Shown piece after piece: positions 57,454-64,000 of a stretch of DNA of 64,000 nt. This DNA comes from Burkholderiales bacterium (GTDB lineage Bacteria; Pseudomonadota; Gammaproteobacteria; Burkholderiales; SG8-39). Numbering within the stretch: the stretch's first letter is position 1; each line of letters starts with the position of its first letter. Location: assembly GCA_035317085.1 (NCBI GenBank), contig DATHHS010000216.1, forward strand, positions 4,963 through 68,962. The letters are read 5' to 3'. Position numbers and translations under genes: made by a program. The notes under the pieces are model-generated. The model did no database searches and was not told the DNA's origin. It worked only from the letters and a program-made list of their open reading frames with translations.

Positions 57454-58446
57454 TCATTGCTCCATCGCGTTCGCTGCAAAAACCTCTTCGAGCGCCATCG
57501 GCCGCGGAGTCAGGCCCTGCTCATGCGAATAGCGCGCGGCGGTTTCGAGCACCTTGCGGTTGGCTTTGATGCCGTGCTGCACGAGCGGCACGCGCAGGGC
57601 TTCTCTGGCATCGTCCGATAGCAGGCCCGCGGCGAGGTGGTACTGGGCGTGTTCCAGCCGCTCACGGTTCGCGATTTCGTTCGCGCGTTCGAACGCCTTG
57701 TGCAGATTCAGGACCACCCAGGGGTGCTTCTCGACGATCTCCCTGCGGATCACCATTCCGTGGTTGATTGGAAAGATGCCTGTCTTGCGGTAGTAGCGGA
57801 CGCCTTCGGCCAGCGGATCGGGAAATAGCGGCCGGATGTCCGGATGATTCCACAAGTCGGCGGTGCTCCGATCCACGAGGTTGGGATCCACGAGGTAATG
57901 GATGGCCGCTTCGAGTTCTCCCGAGAGCATCATCGATCCGAGGTTCTTCTCGGGAGGGATCTGGTGGATGATCACCCCGGGCGGTGGCGTGAAACCGATC
58001 GCGCTGCGATGGCTGTGCGACGGCGTCCGCTCCATCCAGAACTGCATGTCCTTCGGCGCGACGCCGAACTCGTGCTCGAGCACCCCGCGCGTCCACAGCG
58101 CGGCCGTCTGCTGATATTCAGGGACGCCGACGCGCCGTCCCTTCAGGTCGCCCGGCTGCTCGATGCCGGAGTCCCTTCTCACCAGGATCTCCGCGTGAAA
58201 GAATTTTCTGGTGGTAAAAATCGGCAGGCCGACCCAACGCTCGTCGCCCTTCGATTTGGCCATCAGGAGCGAGGAAAACGACATCTCGGAGACATCGAAA
58301 TCGGCAAAGTGCAGCTGTCGCCAGAACAATTCGGACGGATGCACCGGACTCGGTATGAGCGCGATCCCGTCCGGTTTGACTTTGCCGTCCAAAATCGGCC
58401 AAGTCCTCGGATTTGAAGCCATCGCAATGCTCAGCGGAATGTTCAC
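57454..58446 (-). CDS. Periplasmic-binding-protein-fold protein without signal peptide, similar to the 4,5-dihydroxyphthalate decarboxylase / NMT1-like family
   Basis: PLSIAMASNPRTWPILDGKVKPDGIAL...ELFWRQLHFADFDVSEMSFSSLL...GRRVGVPEYQQTAALWTRGVLEHEFGV. The start is uncertain: GTG 58446 or ATG 58422. The upstream part of the 407-aa ORF was rejected. Confidence 0.65.
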   Translation of the reverse strand: MNIPLSIAMASNPRTWPILDGKVKPDGIALIPSPVHPSELFWRQLHFADFDVSEMSFSSLLMAKSKGDERWVGLPIFTTRKFFHAEILVRRDSGIEQPGDLKGRRVGVPEYQQTAALWTRGVLEHEFGVAPKDMQFWMERTPSHSHRSAIGFTPPPGVIIHQIPPEKNLGSMMLSGELEAAIHYLVDPNLVDRSTADLWNHPDIRPLFPDPLAEGVRYYRKTGIFPINHGMVIRREIVEKHPWVVLNLHKAFERANEIANRERLEHAQYHLAAGLLSDDAREALRVPLVQHGIKANRKVLETAARYSHEQGLTPRPMALEEVFAANAMEQ

Positions 58447-58550
58447 GGCCGTCCCTGTAGAAGAGAGTGTACCGGGAAATTCCTGCGCGGAAGCTGACAC
58501 GAAGCCGGGGCCTGCCATAAAATGTAGGCTGGGAATCAAGCCGGAATCCC

Positions 58551-59525
58551 ATGTCGGATCTGAGCAACTGGGCGTTTCCGCCCGAGATGCAACCCAATGC
58601 CGAGGACGCCCGCTTCGATCTCGAAGCGGCGCTGGACTCGATGGTCCTGTTGCGTGCCGAAGTCCCCGAAGATGCATTCACTGCCGGCATACTTGGCACG
58701 GAACGGGTCGGCAACGGCGTCGTCATTCGCGATGACGGACTGGTTCTTACCATAGGCTATCTGGTCACCGAAGCGACAAGCCTGTGGCTGAATACGAACA
58801 GGGGCAACGCCGTTCAGGGTCACGCGATCGCCTATGACCAGCCGACCGGACTCGGACTGGTGCAGGCTTTGGGAAAGCTGGATGTCCCGGCGCTCGCGCG
58901 CGGCACTTCCTCGTCATGCAGCGTCGGCGATAAAGTGGTGGTGGCAGGTCACGGCGGCCGCAGGCACGCGCTCAACGCAAAGCTCATCGCCAAGCGCGAA
59001 TTCGCGGGTTACTGGGAATACGTTCTCGATGAAGCGCTCTTCACCGCCCCGGCGCATCCGCACTGGAGCGGCACTGCCTTGATCGGCTCGGAAGGACGGT
59101 TGCTGGGCATAGGCTCGTTGATGGTTCAGGAGGAAATGAGCGGCCGCACCGTGCAGGGAAACATGATGGTGCCTATAGATCTCCTCGAGCCCATCCTCGA
59201 CGACATGCTCAAGCTCGGCCGGGCGAAGCGTCCGGTGCGCCCCTGGCTCGGTCTCTATGCGACCGAAGTCAAAGGTCACGTCGTGATTTCGGGCCTTGCG
59301 GGCGGCGGACCGGCGGAACGCGCCGGGGTGCAGGTGGGCGACATCATGATCGAAGTCGCGGGGAACCGGGTCGGAGGGCTTGCCGATCTGTTCCGAAAAA
59401 TCTGGGCTATCGGCCCGGCAGGTGTCGAAGTGCCTCTCACCCTGGTGCGCGAGGGTTCGGTCTCGCGCGTCACTGCGTCCTCCACGGACCGCCAGGCCTT
59501 GCTGAAGAAACCGTCCCTGCACTAA
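58551..59525 (+). CDS. Trypsin-fold (S1C-like) protein with a C-terminal PDZ domain; no signal peptide
   Basis: GNGVVIRDDGLVLTIGYLV...GDKVVVAGHGG...HWSGTALIGSEGRLLGIGS, then a PDZ segment WLGLYATEVKGHVVISGLAGGGPAERAGVQVGDIMIEVAG. Confidence 0.7.
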   Translation: MSDLSNWAFPPEMQPNAEDARFDLEAALDSMVLLRAEVPEDAFTAGILGTERVGNGVVIRDDGLVLTIGYLVTEATSLWLNTNRGNAVQGHAIAYDQPTGLGLVQALGKLDVPALARGTSSSCSVGDKVVVAGHGGRRHALNAKLIAKREFAGYWEYVLDEALFTAPAHPHWSGTALIGSEGRLLGIGSLMVQEEMSGRTVQGNMMVPIDLLEPILDDMLKLGRAKRPVRPWLGLYATEVKGHVVISGLAGGGPAERAGVQVGDIMIEVAGNRVGGLADLFRKIWAIGPAGVEVPLTLVREGSVSRVTASSTDRQALLKKPSLH

Positions 59526-59559
59526 AGCCGGGGCGGCGGAGAGTTTCGAAGGCGGTGCA

Positions 59560-59581
59560 GCGCGTTCCGGCCGGAGCGCGC
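59560..59581. terminator. GC-rich palindrome between convergent genes; possible terminator
   Basis: GCGCGTTCCGG|CCGGAGCGCGC pairs at 10 of 11 positions and is followed on the plus strand by the T-rich CTCCCGATTTATTTCTTCT. Confidence 0.4.
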
Positions 59582-59589
59582 CTCCCGAT

Positions 59590-60489
59590 TTATTTCTTCT
59601 GCGGCAGGAGCCCCTTGTACACGATCTCGACGAACGCGTCGGTCTTCCTGAACTTGCCCCATTCCTCGTCGAATTCGCGCGCGGGTTTCGCTGCGAGCAC
59701 CTGCTCCAGAGTTTTGCCCGACTTCGCCATCGGCTCGATCCTTCCGACGACGGTCGAGATCATCTTGCGATAGGCGAGCACGTCTTTCTTGCTCGAGAGC
59801 CCGCCGTGACCGGGGATGACCTTGGTGTTGTCGTCGAGCAAGCCCAGCAGAATGTCGGTCGCGCGGATCACGCCTTTCACCGAGCCGCCGCTTTCCGGGT
59901 CGATGAACGGATAGCGATAGGAGGCGAAAACGTCGCCGGTGTGGACCACGTTCGCCTTGCGGAACTGCACGTAGGAGTCGCCGTCGGTATGCGCGGGCGG
60001 CAGGTGGTGCGCGGTGACGTCGTCGCCGTTCAGATGAAGCGTCGCGCTGTCGCTGAAGGTAATGACGGGCAAGGCCACCTTCGGGGCGGGTGCATAGTTC
60101 TGCTTCAGCATCTGGATCACGCCGCCGGTGGACAGGCGCTTGTAGACGTTGTCTTGAGCGACCAGGATGACGCCTGCCTTCCCCATGTTCTCGTTGCCGC
60201 CGGTGTGATCGCCGTGCCAGTGCGTGTTGATCAGGAAACGGACCGGTTTGTCCGAGATTTCCTTCACTGCGGCGAGAATCTTCGGCGTGAGCGGCGCGTA
60301 CTGGTCGTCGATCAGGAACACCCCGTCCTCGCCCGCCGACACCCCGATGTTGCCGCCTTCGCCTTCCAGCATGTAGACGCCGTCGGCGACCTTGGTGGTC
60401 TTGATCTGTACAGCGTCGAAATTGCGCTGCTGTGCCTGAGCACCGAAACTCAGAGCTGCAGCTGCCAACACGATCAGTTCTTTTTTCAT
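59590..60489 (-). CDS. Secreted MBL-fold metallo-hydrolase
   Basis: Signal peptide MKKELIVLAAAALSFGAQA. Metal motif INTHWHGDHTGG, then later H and D ligands. ATG 60489 is preceded by AAGGAGG. Confidence 0.85.
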   Translation of the reverse strand: MKKELIVLAAAALSFGAQAQQRNFDAVQIKTTKVADGVYMLEGEGGNIGVSAGEDGVFLIDDQYAPLTPKILAAVKEISDKPVRFLINTHWHGDHTGGNENMGKAGVILVAQDNVYKRLSTGGVIQMLKQNYAPAPKVALPVITFSDSATLHLNGDDVTAHHLPPAHTDGDSYVQFRKANVVHTGDVFASYRYPFIDPESGGSVKGVIRATDILLGLLDDNTKVIPGHGGLSSKKDVLAYRKMISTVVGRIEPMAKSGKTLEQVLAAKPAREFDEEWGKFRKTDAFVEIVYKGLLPQKK

Positions 60490-61268
60490 GCTGCCTCCTT
60501 TTCGTCGTCCCAAGCCTTGTCGGGCAGCGGCAGCCCGGCGAGGTCTTGCGCAGTGAGCCTGCGGTCGGGTTCGATTTTCAGCGTATCGAGTATCAGCATC
60601 AGCTGGCGCGTGTGCTGGGTCGGGTGCCAGGTGGTGCGCTCGAGCACCACGTGCATCGGGTGGCGGCCGAAGTAAGTGCTCATCTCACTCGAGCAGGAAC
60701 GGTCCGAGAGACCCGCCCACCATTCGTTGACGCGCGCGAGCACGCCCTCGCCGAATCGGGCGATGCTCTCCCCGGTGCGCAGATCCGGGCCCGGTGCTTC
60801 CATGATGCGTTCGTAAGTGAGCTCGCGGCCGTCGCGCATCGATTCGAGGAAGCCCTCGGGGATACGGAACACGTGGTGCGCGAGAATGCGGATCGGCCGG
60901 TTGCGATTGCGGAACGGCTTTTCCAGCCACTCGGCCGGGATCTGCCTGACGTATCTCGCCGCGGCGGGCAGCACGATGTTGAGCTTGCCGATCAGTTCCT
61001 CGGGACTCAGGCGCTCCTGCAGCTTCACCTTCAGGTCGAGGAACTTGATGACGTCGGTGAGCGTCTGCGCGAAGACGAATTGGTCGCCGCGCGAGACGAT
61101 GGGCACGCTGCGCGCGCCGAGCTTGCGCAGTTCTTCCATTCCGGCGGGATTGCCGTGCACGTTGATCGACTCGTAGTCGACCCCGCTTTTCGTAAGGAAC
61201 TCTTTGGTCCTCAGGCAACTCGTGCACCCGGGTTGCCAGAAGACTTTGACTCTTTCGGCTGCAAGCAT
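60486..61268 (-). CDS. Glutaredoxin-like (CxxC) domain fused to a DinB-like domain
   Basis: N-terminus VKVFWQPGCTSCLRTKEFLTKSGVDYESINV...VPIV (thioredoxin-fold Grx pattern). The C-terminal ~170 aa contain spaced His residues (LAHHVF..., WHPTQHTRQL) reminiscent of the DinB/YfiT family. The stop overlaps the MBL start (ATGA). Confidence 0.7.
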   Translation of the reverse strand: MLAAERVKVFWQPGCTSCLRTKEFLTKSGVDYESINVHGNPAGMEELRKLGARSVPIVSRGDQFVFAQTLTDVIKFLDLKVKLQERLSPEELIGKLNIVLPAAARYVRQIPAEWLEKPFRNRNRPIRILAHHVFRIPEGFLESMRDGRELTYERIMEAPGPDLRTGESIARFGEGVLARVNEWWAGLSDRSCSSEMSTYFGRHPMHVVLERTTWHPTQHTRQLMLILDTLKIEPDRRLTAQDLAGLPLPDKAWDDEKEAA

Positions 61269-61431
61269 ATGGAAGCTCCCTGATTGGACCGGCGGGCCTG
61301 GTAACCGTCCCTCCGCAGTAAACACGAGGATAACTCGCAAATTCCAACAAATCTATCCCTGACCGGGACGGCCATTCCGAGTTCCGGGCCGGTATGCGAG
61401 AATCGCCCGAACACTTGGGGGAGGGCGCTTG

Positions 61432-62388
61432 ATGAAGCGATGGGTTCTCGCTTTGGTAACTGCAGCGGCCGCCAGCGCTTTCGCCCAGGATTTTCCGAGC
61501 CGCACCGTAAAGATCGTCGTTCCCTGGCCGCCGAGCGGCAACGTCGACATCACGGCACGCACTGTCGCGCCGGCTTTTTCTGACGCCCTCGGCCAGCAGG
61601 TCATCGTCGAGAACCTCGCCGGTGCCGGCGGGCGAATCGGCACCACGGCGGTGGCCAAGGCCAGTGCCGACGGGTACACGCTCCTGCTCGGGTCGAGCGG
61701 CACCATGACCTCGGGTCCCGCGGTGTTCAAGAACATCAGCTACGATCCCTTGAAGGATTTCGTCGCGATCGGGGCGATCCAGTCGGTGCCGATCGTGCTG
61801 ACGGTGGCCCCCAAGACGCCGGTCTCGAGCTACAAGGAATTCGTTGCCCTCGCGAACGCGAAACCCGGACAGCTCAGCATCGCCTCCGCGGGCAGCGGTT
61901 CGTCCAACCATCTGGCGATCGAGCTGTTGATGCGCCAGGCGAACCTGAAGCTTCTGCACATTCCCTACAAGGGCAGCGGCCCGGCGATCATCGATCTCCT
62001 GGGCAGCCAGGTCGAGTCCATGATGGACCAGCTCACCGCATCGATAGAGCACATACGAAGCGGGCGCCTGAGGGCGCTCGCGGTCAGCTCGAAAACGCGC
62101 TCTGCGCTGCTGCCGAACGTGCCGACACTCGATGAACTCGGGGTGACAGGCTACGAGGCGATCACCTTCACCGGCATATTCACGCCCTCCGGTGTCCCCG
62201 GAGCCGCCGCGGACAAGCTCCATGCCGCTTTGCGCCGCGCGCTCTCGAACGAAACCGTGCGCGAGCGCTACCGCTCGATGGGCGTGGACGTCATGGACAT
62301 GAGCCGCGCCGAGTTTGCCGCCTACGTGCGCGCCGATCTGGAGAAATGGCGGACCATCGCGCGCGAGGGCAACATCGTGGTGGAATGA
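61432..62388 (+). CDS. Tripartite tricarboxylate transporter substrate-binding protein (Bug/TctC family)
   Basis: Signal peptide, then FPSRTVKIVVPWPPSGNVDITARTVA...VENLAGAGGRIG...DGYTLLL...IPYKGSGPAIIDLLGSQVESMMDQ. Confidence 0.85.
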   Translation: MKRWVLALVTAAAASAFAQDFPSRTVKIVVPWPPSGNVDITARTVAPAFSDALGQQVIVENLAGAGGRIGTTAVAKASADGYTLLLGSSGTMTSGPAVFKNISYDPLKDFVAIGAIQSVPIVLTVAPKTPVSSYKEFVALANAKPGQLSIASAGSGSSNHLAIELLMRQANLKLLHIPYKGSGPAIIDLLGSQVESMMDQLTASIEHIRSGRLRALAVSSKTRSALLPNVPTLDELGVTGYEAITFTGIFTPSGVPGAAADKLHAALRRALSNETVRERYRSMGVDVMDMSRAEFAAYVRADLEKWRTIAREGNIVVE

Positions 62389-63380
62389 GCGCCACCGCCA
62401 TGTCTTGCCGCGTGCTTCTGTCGGCATTCGCCGTGCTGGCTGCGGCCGCCGGCGCCGCCGAGCCGGCCACGGTTCGCGTCAACAGCTTCCCCAACGCCAA
62501 AGCGCTACCCCTGCACGCAGGGCTCGCGAAGGGCTTTTTCGCGAAGCACGATCTCGCGTTGCAGCTTTCCTTTACCGAAAACTCCACGAAGCAGCGCGAA
62601 GGCCTTGCCGCCGGCGAGTTCGACCTCGTGCACTCCGCGGTGGACAACGCCGTGGCCATGGTCGAGGCGGCGAAGAAGGACGTGGTCATCGTCACCGGCG
62701 GCGACAGCGGCATGAACGAGTTTTTCGTCCAGGCTGATGTACGTTCGTTCGCCGATCTGCGCGGGCGCACGCTGGTCGTCGATGCGCCAAACACGGCCTA
62801 CGCGATCCAGGCGAAGAAGATCCTGCTCAGGCACGGCCTCAAGGACGGCACCGATTATTCGGTGATTCCCGTGGGGCGCGGCGAGCTGCGCCTGAAAGCG
62901 ATGGCCGGGAACCGGGACTATGCCGCCGCGATACTGAATCTTCCGTTTACCATTCAGGCTGAGCAGCTGGGCATGAAGAGCCTGGGAAATACGGTGGACC
63001 TTCTCGGACCCTATCAGGCGAACGGCGCGTTTGCGCTGCGCGCCTGGGTCAGGTCGAACGGCCCGCTGCTCGAGCGTTATATCGCCGCCTACGTCGAGTC
63101 GCTGCGCTGGGTGAGGCGGCCCGAGAACCAGGCGGAATGCGTGACGATTCTCATGGACAAGCTGAAAATCTCCCGCGAAGTCGCCGAGCGCAGCTACCGC
63201 TTGCTGGTCGATCCGGTCCGCGGTTTCACTCCGGATGCGGCCTTCGACATGGAGGGATTCAGAAACCTTCTCGCGCTGCGCGCCGAGATCGAAGGCGGCG
63301 GCGCCGCACCGTCTCCCGAAAAATACCTCGACCTTTCGTACTACCGGCGCGCGATCGGCACGCTTGGAGGCGGCGGATGA
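62385..63380 (+). CDS. ABC-type (NMT1/SsuA-like) periplasmic substrate-binding protein
   Basis: Signal peptide MSATAMSCRVLLSAFAVLAAAAGAA, then VRVNSFPNAKALPLHAGLAKGFFAKHDLAL...GEFDLVHSAVDNAV. ATGA overlap with the preceding Bug gene. Confidence 0.75.
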   Translation: MSATAMSCRVLLSAFAVLAAAAGAAEPATVRVNSFPNAKALPLHAGLAKGFFAKHDLALQLSFTENSTKQREGLAAGEFDLVHSAVDNAVAMVEAAKKDVVIVTGGDSGMNEFFVQADVRSFADLRGRTLVVDAPNTAYAIQAKKILLRHGLKDGTDYSVIPVGRGELRLKAMAGNRDYAAAILNLPFTIQAEQLGMKSLGNTVDLLGPYQANGAFALRAWVRSNGPLLERYIAAYVESLRWVRRPENQAECVTILMDKLKISREVAERSYRLLVDPVRGFTPDAAFDMEGFRNLLALRAEIEGGGAAPSPEKYLDLSYYRRAIGTLGGGG

Positions 63381-64000
63381 ACCCGCGGCGCGCCCCATGG
63401 ATCAGCGCTTCGATCTGCCTGATGCTCGTCCTCGGTCCGGGCGCAATTCACGCGCAGGACTACCCGAGCGGCCCGATGCGCATCATCGTTCCGTTCCAGG
63501 CCGGAGGTTCTACCGATGTCATGGCGCGCATCATGGCGCAGAAGCTCAAGGATCGGTTCGGGCAGTCAGTCGTCGTGGAGAACCGTGCCGGCGCCAATGG
63601 AACCATAGGCGCGGCCGTCGTGGCGAAATCGGCGTCCGACGGACACACCCTGCTGCTGGTGCAGTCCGGATTCGTTTCGAATCCGATCCTGATGCACAAC
63701 TTGCCGTACGACCAGGCGCGCGAGCTCGCCCCGGTGTCGAACCTCGCCTCCGGCCCTATGGTGCTCGTCGTCAATCCGTCCTTGCCGGCGAGATCGGTGA
63801 AGGAACTGATCGCGCTCGCCCGATCGCGGCGCGGCGAGCTGAATTTCGGATCGCCGGGCAACGGCTCGCTCTCCGACCTGTGCGCGGAGCTGTTCGATGT
63901 GATGGCCGGGGTGAAGATGACCCACGTGCCCTACAAGGGATCCGGCGGAGCGCTGGCCGACGTGCTGGCCGGCCGTGTGCCGGTGTACTACATGAACCTG
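63377..64000 (+). CDS. Bug/TctC family substrate-binding protein; 3' end runs off the window
   Basis: My own translation from ATG 63377: MNPRRAPWISASICLMLVLGPGAIHAQDYPSGPMRIIVPFQAGGSTDVMARIMAQKL...VENRAGANGTIG...DGHTLLL...VPYKGSGGALADVLAG. ATGA overlap with the preceding gene. Absent from the track because there is no stop in the window. Confidence 0.8.
   Translation, partial: MNPRRAPWISASICLMLVLGPGAIHAQDYPSGPMRIIVPFQAGGSTDVMARIMAQKLKDRFGQSVVVENRAGANGTIGAAVVAKSASDGHTLLLVQSGFVSNPILMHNLPYDQARELAPVSNLASGPMVLVVNPSLPARSVKELIALARSRRGELNFGSPGNGSLSDLCAELFDVMAGVKMTHVPYKGSGGALADVLAGRVPVYYMNL

Noticed and set aside
60685-62427. 580-aa minus-strand ORF antisense to the Bug gene, and similar 300-500-aa antisense ORFs (22215-23747, 56774-57457, 62505-63398)
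   Set aside because: Same reasoning: low-complexity translations opposite genes with clear family motifs.
1-64000. CRISPR arrays, rRNA genes, prophage or conjugation modules
   Set aside because: I noticed no regularly spaced direct repeats, no rRNA-like conserved stretches and no phage or conjugative gene content while reading the window. The only tandem or direct repeats seen are the short ones reported above.

Overview
High-GC chromosomal segment, probably from a betaproteobacterium. The taxon is an inference from three Bug/TctC-type tripartite tricarboxylate binding proteins, a pilGHIJ-chpA cluster, a pyrR-pyrB-pyrC' arrangement and the maf-rng and rlmH-rsfS-nadD-proA blocks. About 90% of the window is tightly packed housekeeping genes, many joined by 4-nt ATGA/GTGA overlaps. 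These cover NAD, proline, pyrimidine, thiamine and heme synthesis, acetyl-CoA carboxylase, twitching-motility ATPases, the Pil-Chp chemosensory system, RNases, GlnE and one tRNA-Arg(CCG). The one clearly accessory stretch is a low-GC islet of about 3.6 kb between glnE and pilU (14195-17779), which I read as a decayed chromosomal integron. It holds an integron-integrase remnant that is cut off at its 5' end exactly at a GTTAGAC core site and also carries a 1-nt frameshift. On the opposite strand sit a brnT/brnA toxin-antitoxin cassette bracketed by a perfect 12-bp inverted repeat that contains the core site, and an attC-like hairpin with two bulged bases. An IS110/IS1111-type insertion sequence sits inside that attC, followed by a second cassette-like ORF (DUF6151-like) preceded by GTTAGGC. 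The 243-nt 3' non-coding arm of the IS contains an internal near-copy of the interrupted target, so it is a candidate bridge/seek RNA. The right end (55.5-64 kb) is a catabolic-looking cluster with a split ThDP decarboxylase, a PhtD-like protein, an MBL hydrolase coupled to a Grx-DinB fusion, and three orphan solute-binding proteins. I saw no CRISPR array, rRNA or prophage. All calls come from reading the sequence and the ORF translations; no database search was run.
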